Assembly: GCA_963834335.1 (NCBI GenBank)
Contig: CAWIBK010000002.1
Coordinates: 1,661,525-1,725,524 of the forward strand
DNA length: 64,000 nucleotides
Reading direction: 5' to 3'
Source: an uncultured beta proteobacterium
Lineage (GTDB): Bacteria > Pseudomonadota > Gammaproteobacteria > Burkholderiales > Burkholderiaceae_E
The notes beneath the pieces are model-generated. The model did not search any database and was not told the origin of the DNA. It saw nothing but the letters and a program-made list of their open reading frames with translations. A program made the translations under genes and the position numbers. This document shows, in pieces, positions 9,670 to 18,770 of this stretch. Every line of letters begins with the position of its first letter. Position 1 is the first letter of the stretch.

Positions 9670-11021
9670 CTCTGGTAATGTCTACGCTCGCCGCCGCTTT
9701 CGCCCGTTTCATCGTTTCGCTCGATGCCACCACCCTGCCGGCGGAAGTCGAGGAGAAGGCGCGGGTGTGCCTGCTCAACGGGCTGGGAATAGGTCTCGAC
9801 TGCCACGCGACGCCGTATGCAGCAGTTGCGCGTGAGGCCGTGATCGCCATGGATGGCGAGATCGCCGCTGGCGCCACCCTGCTGGGTGACGGCCGCCGTA
9901 CCACCATCGGCGGTGCCTGCATCGCCAATGGCGCACTGTTCCATGGCCGCGCGCAGGAGGACGCGAGCGGCGCCGCTCACCTGGGGACGATCCTCATCCC
10001 GTTGCTGGTCGCCATGATCGAGGTACGCCGTTACCCGCTCGATCGCCTCCTCCCGTCGCTGGTTGCCGGCTACGAAGTGGGCGGGGTACTCGAGCAAACC
10101 TACGCCGGCCAGACGACACCGGCCGGATTCCGCTCCACGGCCACCTATGGAGTCATCGCTGCCGCCGCGGCAGCGGCACGCATGATGGCGCTGTCGCAAG
10201 CGCAAACGGCCGCCGCGCTGGCCAATGCCGTTTCCTTCACCGGCGGCGTGCTGCAGTCCTTCGCCGACGGCACCGATGAATGGCGCTACCAACCCGGCGT
10301 GATTGCGCGCAACGGGCTGACCGCAGCCGAGCTCGCCCGCTGCGGATCGGTGTCGGCGCCTCATGCGATCGAAGGCAAGGCCGGCCTGATTGCCGCCTTC
10401 GCCCGTACGGGCTGCGACGTGGCGGGCATTGCCGAGGGCCTCGGAAGGCGCTGGAACATCCATCGTGTCGCCTTCAAGCCCTACCCGGTGTGCGCATTCA
10501 ACCAGACGCCGGTGACGGCGGCGCTCGAGTTGCGCCGCGTGCGGCCCGATGCCGACTGGCAGTCGGTGGCCGTGCGCATGAATCCCTATGAATGCGGCTA
10601 TGCCGGCATGGATGCGCGCGGTCCCTTCTCGACGATATCCGGCACGTTGATGAGCATTCCGTTCTGCATCGCCACCACCCTGAGACACGGCGTACCGGAC
10701 ATGAAGCGGATGACGACCTACGACGATGCCGATGTGAATGCCCTGGTCGAGCGGATCGAACTCGTCTCGGACGATGCGGTGCCGGTACTCAGCTGCGTGA
10801 TCGAGGCGCAGGCGCGCGACGGAGAGCGTCGGGTGCTGGAACAACGAATGACGGCGCAGGACTACAACTACGATCGCGCCCAGGTGTCCGCGCTGGTGCG
10901 GCGCATCGGCAAGGAGCAGCACGTTCCCGAGGCCGCTTTCGCCCATATCGAGCGTTTTGTCGAGCAACTGCCGGCCGGTCGGCTCGACGATGTGCTGTCG
11001 GCCTTTGATCTGCTCCCGTGA
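9666..11021 (+). CDS. MmgE/PrpD family protein
   Basis: Fold-typical segments LVAGYEV, GF.STATYG, AIEGKAG, FKPYPVCA; start 9666 (GTG) or 9678 (ATG). Confidence 0.88.
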   Translation: MTLVMSTLAAAFARFIVSLDATTLPAEVEEKARVCLLNGLGIGLDCHATPYAAVAREAVIAMDGEIAAGATLLGDGRRTTIGGACIANGALFHGRAQEDASGAAHLGTILIPLLVAMIEVRRYPLDRLLPSLVAGYEVGGVLEQTYAGQTTPAGFRSTATYGVIAAAAAAARMMALSQAQTAAALANAVSFTGGVLQSFADGTDEWRYQPGVIARNGLTAAELARCGSVSAPHAIEGKAGLIAAFARTGCDVAGIAEGLGRRWNIHRVAFKPYPVCAFNQTPVTAALELRRVRPDADWQSVAVRMNPYECGYAGMDARGPFSTISGTLMSIPFCIATTLRHGVPDMKRMTTYDDADVNALVERIELVSDDAVPVLSCVIEAQARDGERRVLEQRMTAQDYNYDRAQVSALVRRIGKEQHVPEAAFAHIERFVEQLPAGRLDDVLSAFDLLP

Positions 11022-11082
11022 CCCCTTCAGCCGGCTGCAGCCCGCTGCCGTGGGCCACGATCATCTAAAGCCGCGGCCCGGA

Positions 11083-11793
11083 TCAGCCGGGCCTGCCCAG
11101 CAATCCGCCGCTGATCAGGCGTGCGTAGGCTGAAATGACCGCCTCCGGCACAGGCTTGCCACGCTTGCGCTTGCCGCGACTGGTCTTGTCGCCACCCAGG
11201 ATGTACTTCATCGCGACATAAGACCGCGCGCCCAGCAGCAGCAGGGCCACAGTCTCGAACTCCTCCGGGCTATAACCCTTCAACTCGCCCCGCTCGGCGG
11301 ATCGCCCCAGCGAGCGGCGATAGCCGTCGACCAGCCGGCGAATGTGCTCCGCATGCGCTCGCGGCGCGAACACCTCGGCTTCATAGAGGATCCGATAGAA
11401 GCCTGGATTGTCGGACAGGTAATCGCAGAATGCCCGAAAGCGTGCCACTTCGCGCTCAGGTCCGCCGGCCACGACATCGCCCAGTTCACGAAGCGCAAGC
11501 GAAATGTGGTCGACCAGCTCGTGACCGACGTGCGGCAGCAAAGCATCGAACAGCGCCTGGCGGTCCTCGAAATAGTTGTAGAAAGTGCCGGTGGCCATGC
11601 CGGCCTCGGCGACGATCTTCGCAATCGAGGCGCCGGCATAGCCTTCGTCGCCGACCACCTTGGCTGCTGCGTCCATCAGCTTGTAGTACGTCTGCCTGGC
11701 CCGGTCCTGCCGCGCGCCGCCCCTGGGTGCCGACGACGGATCGGGCGCCTTGGCCAACGCCTCGTCCGAGGCCTTGTCCCGGTGGTTGCTCAC
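11083..11793 (-). CDS. TetR-family transcriptional regulator
   Basis: AAAKVVGDEGYAGASIAKIVAEAGMATGTFYNYFEDR HTH; GTG start overlaps the upstream stop (GTGA). Confidence 0.9.
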   Translation of the reverse strand: MSNHRDKASDEALAKAPDPSSAPRGGARQDRARQTYYKLMDAAAKVVGDEGYAGASIAKIVAEAGMATGTFYNYFEDRQALFDALLPHVGHELVDHISLALRELGDVVAGGPEREVARFRAFCDYLSDNPGFYRILYEAEVFAPRAHAEHIRRLVDGYRRSLGRSAERGELKGYSPEEFETVALLLLGARSYVAMKYILGGDKTSRGKRKRGKPVPEAVISAYARLISGGLLGRPG

Positions 11794-13292
11794 TTGGCCA
11801 CGAACCGATCGCGCAGCAGGCGCTTGAGGACCTTGCCGGAGGGATTGCGCGGCAACTGGTCGGTGAGAATCAGCTCTTTCGGGCACTTGAAGCCGGCCAG
11901 GTGCCGGCGGCAATGGACGGCCAGCATATCCAGATCGAGCCTCATGCCTTCACGCACGACCACGACGGCCACCGGCACTTCGCCCCATCGCGCGTCCGGC
12001 CTGCCGATCACGGCAGCTTCGAGCACCGCCGGGTGCTCGTATATCACCCGCTCGACTTCGGACGACGCCACGTTCTCGCCGCCGGAGATAATCAGGTCCT
12101 TTTTGCGATCGGTCAGATACAGGAAGCCGTCCTCATCGAGGAATCCGATATCTCCGGAGCGCAGAAAACCGTCCGGCCACAGCGCGAGCGCCGTGCGCTC
12201 CGGATCCTTCCAGTAACCCGGGCTGACCTTGGGGCCGCGCATGCAGATTTCGCCTTCGACCCGCGTCGGCAACGATGCGCCCGAATCGTCGCGAATTTCA
12301 ATCTGCACATGCGCGACCGGGGGGCCCACCGAGCCGATCTTCGACAACTCCGAACCGGGCTCCATCAGCGTATCGCCGGAGACGGTTTCGGTCATGCCAT
12401 ACGCGTCGATGTAGCGGGCGTTCGGAAACGCAGTGACGAACTCGCGGATGCGCGATTCCGGCGTGCGCTCGCCCCCTCCGATACACCATCGCAGGCTGCC
12501 CGCATCGAAGTCCGACGCATGCGGGTAAGAGAGCAGCCCATTGGTCATGACCGGCGCGAGCCAGATGCCGGAGATGCGCTCGTTCTGGATCGTCTGCAGC
12601 AAGCCGGCTGGATCATAGTCTCGCAACACCACCAGCGTGCCGCCCATGGCATGAACCGCGAGCCCGGGCAGGTCAGCCGCGGCGACGTGGTAAAGCGGGC
12701 CGACCACGCACAGCCGGTCGCTCGCGCTCAATTGCAGCGCGATGATCAGGTCGAGATTCTTGGCGTGGAAGTTGCTGTAGGTATGGATCACACCCTTGGG
12801 TCGATCGGTCGTACCCGAGGTGTACATCAATCGGAACAGATCGTGTCCCTGGCGCGGCACCGGATCGCCAGGGAACGGTTGATCCCCGAACAGCGCGCGG
12901 CTGTCCAGCTGGGCCGCGGGCCCGACGACGACGACCGGAATGCTCTGCGCGTCTGCCAGCGGCGCAAGTTCCTCGTCGACCAGCATCAGGGCCGCGCCCG
13001 CGTGACCGGTGATATAGGCCATCTCGTCGGCCGACAGCCGGAAGTTGATCGGCAGAACGACCGCACCCAGGTGGCTGAGCGCATAGCAGATCTCGATGAA
13101 GGCGGCGCTGTTCTTCATTGCCAGCGCGACGATGGTGCCCACGCCGACGCCGCGCATCGACAGGCCCTGGGCCGCGCAGAGCACCCGCTCCCGCAACTCG
13201 CCCCATCCGATCCGCTGCCCCTTGAAGACGAGCGCCTCGGCCAGCGGTCTGCGACGCGCGTGGGTGTTCAACGTGCCGGTGAGATTCTGCAT
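11790..13292 (-). CDS. Acyl-CoA synthetase / AMP-binding protein
   Basis: YTSGTTDRPKG, YGMTE, RSGDIG, DRKKDLIISGGENV, PRNPSGKV. Confidence 0.95.
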   Translation of the reverse strand: MQNLTGTLNTHARRRPLAEALVFKGQRIGWGELRERVLCAAQGLSMRGVGVGTIVALAMKNSAAFIEICYALSHLGAVVLPINFRLSADEMAYITGHAGAALMLVDEELAPLADAQSIPVVVVGPAAQLDSRALFGDQPFPGDPVPRQGHDLFRLMYTSGTTDRPKGVIHTYSNFHAKNLDLIIALQLSASDRLCVVGPLYHVAAADLPGLAVHAMGGTLVVLRDYDPAGLLQTIQNERISGIWLAPVMTNGLLSYPHASDFDAGSLRWCIGGGERTPESRIREFVTAFPNARYIDAYGMTETVSGDTLMEPGSELSKIGSVGPPVAHVQIEIRDDSGASLPTRVEGEICMRGPKVSPGYWKDPERTALALWPDGFLRSGDIGFLDEDGFLYLTDRKKDLIISGGENVASSEVERVIYEHPAVLEAAVIGRPDARWGEVPVAVVVVREGMRLDLDMLAVHCRRHLAGFKCPKELILTDQLPRNPSGKVLKRLLRDRFVAK

Positions 13293-13307
13293 CGATACGC
13301 TCTTCGA

Positions 13308-14480
13308 TCAGTACGAGCGCGGCATGCCCAGGTTGGCGGTCGCGATGTAGTTCAGGATCATTTCCTCAGAGACCGGCGCAAACCGGAAGAGCCGGGCATC
13401 GCGCCAGATCCGCTCGACATGCATCTCCTTAGCATAGCCCATTCCCCCCATCGCCTGCATCGCCCGCTCGGCCGCGCTGGATGCGGCCTGGCTGGCGATC
13501 AGCTTGGCGGCGTTGCTCTCGGATCCGAAGGGCAGATCGTTGTCGAACAGCCAGGCGGCTTTCAGATTGAGGTTCTTTGCCGCCTCGAGTTCCGCCCAGT
13601 TCTGGGCCATCGGAAACTGGATTCCCTGGTAGGCGCTGATCGGCCGATCGCCGAATACCTTGCGGTCGTTCGCGTAGGCCACACCCAGCTTCAGCGCCAG
13701 GCGGCCGGCCCCGACCAGGCCCGCCGTGGTGACGATCCGCTCGGTGTTCAGCACATCGAGCAACTGCCGCCAGCCCTGGTCGATCGTGCCGATCACCTCA
13801 TCGGGCCCGATCCGGACGTCGTCGAAGAACACCGACGACGAGGGCAGGGTCAGCGTGCCGGTCTTGTCGATGGCCGAATGAGTCAGTCCTTTGCGTTCAG
13901 TGTCGATCATGAACAGGCTCAGGCCGAAGGTGCGCTTCGGCGCCTTCTCGACCGGCGTGGTGCGCGCGACCACCAGCATCTTCTGCGACTGCGGGACTCC
14001 GGTGATCCAGATCTTGCGCCCGTTCAGGCGCCAGCCGTCCCCGTCCTGCACGGCCGTCGAACGCAGTTCCAGCGAATTGGTCCCCGCGTCAGGCTCGGTC
14101 AGCGCCATGCAGAACGACATCTCCCCCGAGCACAGCTTGGGGAGCCAGTCGCGCTTCATCTGCTCGGACCCGTACTTGGAGATCGACACCCCGCCGAAGA
14201 TCGGGTTCAGCATGAAAACCTGACTGAGAGTGGCCCCTGCGCCTGCCGCACACAGCTCCTCCACGATCAGCGCCGTATCGAGCATGCCGAGCCCGGCACC
14301 GCCGTACTGCTCGGGCAGCATCGCGCCCGCCAGGCCGGCGTCGCAGATCGTCTTCCAGCATTCGGCCGGATACGCCTTCTCGGCGTCAAGCTTTCGCCAG
14401 TAATCGGGGCCGTATGCCTCGCCGACCTTGCGGGCGGCCTCGATCATCATCTTCTGTTCGTCGGTCAGCGTGAAGTCCAT
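13308..14480 (-). CDS. Acyl-CoA dehydrogenase
   Basis: ALTEPDAGT, LNGRKIWIT, FFDDVR, GGMGYAKE...ERIWRD. Confidence 0.95.
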   Translation of the reverse strand: MDFTLTDEQKMMIEAARKVGEAYGPDYWRKLDAEKAYPAECWKTICDAGLAGAMLPEQYGGAGLGMLDTALIVEELCAAGAGATLSQVFMLNPIFGGVSISKYGSEQMKRDWLPKLCSGEMSFCMALTEPDAGTNSLELRSTAVQDGDGWRLNGRKIWITGVPQSQKMLVVARTTPVEKAPKRTFGLSLFMIDTERKGLTHSAIDKTGTLTLPSSSVFFDDVRIGPDEVIGTIDQGWRQLLDVLNTERIVTTAGLVGAGRLALKLGVAYANDRKVFGDRPISAYQGIQFPMAQNWAELEAAKNLNLKAAWLFDNDLPFGSESNAAKLIASQAASSAAERAMQAMGGMGYAKEMHVERIWRDARLFRFAPVSEEMILNYIATANLGMPRSY

Positions 14481-15811
14481 GCTCGCTCCGTTGAAGCATC
14501 GGCAGCCGGCGCGGCACGCAGCAACCGGTACGGTGCTTCGAGCGTTTCGACCACGGTGTGCAGAAACCTTGCCGCCAGCGCGCCGTCGATGATGCGGTGG
14601 TCACAGGCAAGGGTGAGAATGATTTCGCGCCGTGCCACCGGCGCGCCATGGGCGTCCGGGCGGAACAGGGCGCGCTCGGCACCGACGCCCAGAATCAGCG
14701 CCTGCGGTGGATTGATGATCGGCGAGATGCTGGTGACACCGAACATGCCGACGTTGGAAATGGCGATCGCACCGCCGCCGACGTCGCCCGCAGCAAGCGT
14801 GTTGTCGCGGGCCCGATGCGCGAGTGCGGTGGCTTGCGTGGCCACCTCATCGAGCGTCTGGCGACCCACGTCGCGTACGACCGGAATGCGCAGACCCTGA
14901 GGGGTCTCGGTGACCATGCCGATGTCGACGGTTGAAAAGGCGAGAATTTTTTCGTCGCACCAGATCCGGTTTACTTCCGGCATCGCTGTCAGGACCCGTC
15001 CGAGCGCTGCAATCACCAGGTGCGTGACCGAAATACGGGTGCGGCCCGGTTCGGCGTTCAGTTGCGCGCGCAACGCCGACAGTCCGCCCGTCTCGACTTC
15101 GTCACTGAGCGTGAAATGCGGAATATCGCGCTTGGCCGCGCTGACCCGCCGGGCCGTGGCGAGCCGTGCCGCATCCGGAACGGACTCCACGGGCGTGGAC
15201 ACCGTCATCGCCGTCCGCGTCGAGGGCGGCGTCGCCACAGCTGCCAGATCGGCGGCCTTGATGCGTCCTGCCGGCCCCGTTCCCTTGAGCGATGCCAGGT
15301 CGATCCCGCGCGAGGCCGCCAGCTTGCGGGCATAGGGGGTCGCGATCACCCGAAGGACATCGACTTTGGTAATCCGCCCACCCCTGCCGGTGCCCTGGAT
15401 CTCACTGGAATCAAGCGCATGCTCGGCGATCAGCTTGCGCGCACTCGGCGCATCGCGGGAGGTTCCCGACGCGGAATCAGGCGCCGCGGTATCCGGCACC
15501 ACGGTATCAGGCGCCACGGTATCAGGCGCGGCTGGCGTCGCGGCACGTTCCTGCCCCTTTCGCGAGTCGTCGCCTCTGGCATCAGTCAGCACCGCCACCG
15601 GCGAACCGACGGGCACCGTCTCACCGGTCTGCACGAGGATTTTCGCAACCGTCCCGTCGCGTTCCGCCTCGATCTCGGTGGCCACCTTCTCCGTCTCGAC
15701 GATGAAGAGCACGTCACCGGCCGAGAAAGGGCGTCCCGGCTCCACTCGCCACTCGGTCAGCAGCCCTTCGGTCATGGTCAGCCCGAGCTTGGGCATCAGC
15801 AGATCGGCCAT
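14465..15811 (-). CDS. Dihydrolipoamide acyltransferase (E2) of a 2-oxoacid/acetoin dehydrogenase complex
   Basis: Lipoyl domain MPKLGLTMTEG...ETEKV; two peripheral-subunit-binding domains; catalytic DHRIIDG; start moved to ATG 15811. Confidence 0.93.
   Translation of the reverse strand: MADLLMPKLGLTMTEGLLTEWRVEPGRPFSAGDVLFIVETEKVATEIEAERDGTVAKILVQTGETVPVGSPVAVLTDARGDDSRKGQERAATPAAPDTVAPDTVVPDTAAPDSASGTSRDAPSARKLIAEHALDSSEIQGTGRGGRITKVDVLRVIATPYARKLAASRGIDLASLKGTGPAGRIKAADLAAVATPPSTRTAMTVSTPVESVPDAARLATARRVSAAKRDIPHFTLSDEVETGGLSALRAQLNAEPGRTRISVTHLVIAALGRVLTAMPEVNRIWCDEKILAFSTVDIGMVTETPQGLRIPVVRDVGRQTLDEVATQATALAHRARDNTLAAGDVGGGAIAISNVGMFGVTSISPIINPPQALILGVGAERALFRPDAHGAPVARREIILTLACDHRIIDGALAARFLHTVVETLEAPYRLLRAAPAADASTERAWTSR
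15473..15532. repeat. Four imperfect 15-bp tandem repeats encoding the (A/V)PD(T/S)(V/A) linker of E2
   Basis: ggtatcaggcgccac-like unit at 15473, 15488, 15503 and 15518. Confidence 0.8.
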
Positions 15812-15822
15812 TGCGGGGTGCC

Positions 15823-16605
15823 TCAAACGCCCTTGAATTGCGCCTTGCGCTTCTCGAGGAAGGCGCCGCAACCCTCGTGCGAATCCTCGGTATCCAGCAC
15901 CAGGCCGATCATTGCCTGCTCGTGACGAAGCGCCGCGGACAGCGGCATGTCGGCCCCGTCATTGAGCGTTCGCTTGAGCAGTTTGAGGACCAGCGGAGAC
16001 TTCTGCGCGATCTTGCCCGCGAGGTCCAGGGTCTCGGCCATGAGCCTGTCGTGAGCAACCACCCTGTTGGCAAGCCCGATCGTCACAGCCTCCTGCGCGG
16101 TGATCATCTCCCCGGTAAACATGATCTCTTTGGCCCGGCACAGCGGCAATTGGCGAATCATCCGCTGTGTACCGCCCGCCCCCGGGAACAACCCGAGCGT
16201 TATTTCCGGCAACCCGAGCTTGGCCTTGTCCGACACGATCCGGATATCGAGCGCCAGCAACAACTCCGTGCCGCCGCCCAGTGCAAACCCGTTGACCGCG
16301 GCAATCGTCGGCTTGTCGAAGGTCTCGATACGCCGGAACAGCCGATGGATGTCCTCGGCGAATTCCTGGTAGTGCGCAAGGCCGCGGCGCGAATTCAGGT
16401 CGGCGATATCGCCACCCGCCACGAATGCGCGTCCGGCACCGGTGAAGATCACGACGCGGATGGACTTGTCGGACTCGATGCGATCCAGTGCGACGTTCAT
16501 CGCCGCGATGGTCTCGAGATCGAGCGCATTCAGGGTGTCCGGGCGGTTGATCGTCAGCGTGGCGATCGGCCCGTTGTTCTCTATCAGGATGGCATCGGTA
16601 CTCAT
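15823..16605 (-). CDS. Enoyl-CoA hydratase/isomerase (crotonase)
   Basis: AFVAGGDI, AVNGFALGGGTE, GLPEITLGLFPGAGGTQR; start at ATG 16605. Confidence 0.95.
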   Translation of the reverse strand: MSTDAILIENNGPIATLTINRPDTLNALDLETIAAMNVALDRIESDKSIRVVIFTGAGRAFVAGGDIADLNSRRGLAHYQEFAEDIHRLFRRIETFDKPTIAAVNGFALGGGTELLLALDIRIVSDKAKLGLPEITLGLFPGAGGTQRMIRQLPLCRAKEIMFTGEMITAQEAVTIGLANRVVAHDRLMAETLDLAGKIAQKSPLVLKLLKRTLNDGADMPLSAALRHEQAMIGLVLDTEDSHEGCGAFLEKRKAQFKGV

Positions 16606-16676
16606 GGCGGTCCTCTGAAAACTGTTCAAACAGGCCCTGATCGGAAATGAATCAGGTCGACATTCCGCGCCCAGGG

Positions 16677-17651
16677 TCAGGCAAGGGTCCGATGGATTGC
16701 GGCGGCAATACGCTGCGCGGTCGGCCGATAGGCACTCTCCAGCGAGCGGGCAAACGGCGACGGGGCGAAGGGCGCGCCGACGCGAACGATCGGGGCATCG
16801 AGTTCGTCGAACCCGACGTCCGCCATCCTGGCCGCGATCTCGGCGCCGACGCCGAAAGCTTCGACCGCCTCGTGCGCGATCACCAGCCGGTGCGTGTGTG
16901 CGAGGCTCTGAAGGACCGCGGCCTCGTCCCAAGGCTGCAGCGACCGCAGATCGATGACCTCGACCTCGATGCCATCGGCCGCCAGAGTGTCCGCGGCGGC
17001 CAGTGCCATTCCGACAGTCGCGCCATAGCTGACCACGGTCACGTCACGCCCCGCCCGGGCACAGCGAGCCTTCCCGATCGGCACCGATTCCGGCGGGTCG
17101 GCGAGCTCACCCTTCATCGCGTACAGCGCCTTGTTCTCGACGACGATCACCGGGTCCGGATCGTCGATGGCGGCGCGCAGCAGTCCGTAGGCATCCGCCG
17201 GATTGGACGGACACACCACCTTGATGCCGGGAACATGCGCCAGCCAGGCTTCAAGGCACTGCGAATGCTGCGGTCCGGCATTCAGTCCACCGCCGTGCGG
17301 CGTGCGGATCACCATCGGCACCGAACCCTGGCCGCCGAACATCGAGCGTGCCTTGGCCGCCTGGTTGACGATCTGGTCCATCGTCAGCGTGATGAAATCC
17401 ATGAACATGATTTCGGCCACCGGCCTCATGCCCGAAATGGCGGCACCGACCGCGACGCCCACAATCGCCGCTTCGGCAATCGGCGCATCGAGCACCCGTT
17501 GCGCACCGAACGCGTCGAGCAATCCCCGCGTCGCCTTGAACGACCCGCCGGCAGCCGCAATGTCCTCGCCGATCACGAACACGCGGTCATCGGCGGCCAT
17601 CGCGTCATGCAGAGCCTGGTTCACCGCCTTGAGGTAACGTACTTCGGCCAT
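16677..17651 (-). CDS. TPP-dependent dehydrogenase E1 beta subunit (AcoB/PdhB-like)
   Basis: GEDI, DAPIAE, EIMFMDF, GPQHSQ, EVIDLRSL. Confidence 0.95.
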   Translation of the reverse strand: MAEVRYLKAVNQALHDAMAADDRVFVIGEDIAAAGGSFKATRGLLDAFGAQRVLDAPIAEAAIVGVAVGAAISGMRPVAEIMFMDFITLTMDQIVNQAAKARSMFGGQGSVPMVIRTPHGGGLNAGPQHSQCLEAWLAHVPGIKVVCPSNPADAYGLLRAAIDDPDPVIVVENKALYAMKGELADPPESVPIGKARCARAGRDVTVVSYGATVGMALAAADTLAADGIEVEVIDLRSLQPWDEAAVLQSLAHTHRLVIAHEAVEAFGVGAEIAARMADVGFDELDAPIVRVGAPFAPSPFARSLESAYRPTAQRIAAAIHRTLA

Positions 17652-17654
17652 CGT

Positions 17655-18614
17655 TCAGCCGCCGACTGGCGTATAGACGTCGGACAGCAGATCGTCCACG
17701 TCGGGTTCCGGCGCTGCCAGCGCCGCGTCGACCGCGGTCTCGATCTCGTCGGCAACCTGCGCGTCGATCGCATCGCAGACCGACTCGTCGATACCGGCCG
17801 CCACCAGGGCGGCACGCGCGCGAACGATCGGATCGCGCGCGCTGAGCGAGGCGACTTCGGCGGGGTCCCGATAATCCTGGCGATCGCCTTCGAAATGACC
17901 ACGCACCCTCGTCGTCCGGCATTCCAGCACCTGGGGACGCGAATCCTCGCGCATCGCCGCGACGAGATCGGCGCTGACCGTCGCAACAGCCACGACATCG
18001 TTGCCGTCGATTTCGCGATGGCCGATTCCGTAGGCCGCGCAAAGTTTCTCGAGGGAGGCTGCGATCTGCCGATCGGAGGGACTGAACTCCGACCAGCCGT
18101 TGTTCTCGCACACGAAGAGCACCGGCAGCCGCCACAGCGCGGCCAGATTGAAGCACTCGTGCACCAGGCCCTCGGCCAGCGCACCGTCGCCGAAGAACAC
18201 GGTGGCCAGACTGCCTTCGCCGCGCATCTTCAAAGCCAGTGCACTGCCTGTGGTGATCGGCAGGCCCGCTCCGACGATGCCGTTGGCGCCGAGCATGCCG
18301 ACCGAAAAATCGGCCACGTGCATCGACCCGCCCCTCCCCTTGCATACGCCGGTCGCCCGGCCCAGTATCTCGGCGAAGAAGCCTTCGAGCGATACGCCCT
18401 TGGCCAGGGCATGCCCATGACCGCGATGGTTCGAAGAGACGGTATCGGTGATGCGAAGCGCCGAGCACACACCGACCGGAACCGCTTCCTGACCGATCGA
18501 CAGGTGCAGGAACCCCGGTACTGCACCATCGGCGAAGAGCTGCTGCAGGCGCTCTTCCGCGCGGCGGATCAGCACCATTCCGCGATATAGTCGTTCGAGG
18601 GAATCGCGACTCAT
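17655..18614 (-). CDS. TPP-dependent dehydrogenase E1 alpha subunit (AcoA/PdhA-like)
   Basis: GFLHLSIGQEA, HRGHGH, GRGGSMH, TPP motif GDGA...ENN, RGHFEGD. Confidence 0.95.
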   Translation of the reverse strand: MSRDSLERLYRGMVLIRRAEERLQQLFADGAVPGFLHLSIGQEAVPVGVCSALRITDTVSSNHRGHGHALAKGVSLEGFFAEILGRATGVCKGRGGSMHVADFSVGMLGANGIVGAGLPITTGSALALKMRGEGSLATVFFGDGALAEGLVHECFNLAALWRLPVLFVCENNGWSEFSPSDRQIAASLEKLCAAYGIGHREIDGNDVVAVATVSADLVAAMREDSRPQVLECRTTRVRGHFEGDRQDYRDPAEVASLSARDPIVRARAALVAAGIDESVCDAIDAQVADEIETAVDAALAAPEPDVDDLLSDVYTPVGG

Positions 18615-18770
18615 GTCGGTCGTCAGCTGTCCATGTCCGTCTCGCCGGGCGCCAGGAAGCCGGCTGTGTCCCGGCGTAATAAGGGTCGAAAGATCGCCGG
18701 AAGATGGCCGGGAGTGGGCCGTAATATGAACGGTGAATCATAAATCATCTTTGTCGTCACTTACAAGGGA

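Noticed and set aside
11430-14900. 1156-aa plus-strand ORF and other long antisense ORFs (e.g. 16647-18590, 22006-23850, 42144-44207)
   Set aside because: They lie opposite well-supported genes and have no recognisable motifs; expected shadow ORFs in high-GC DNA
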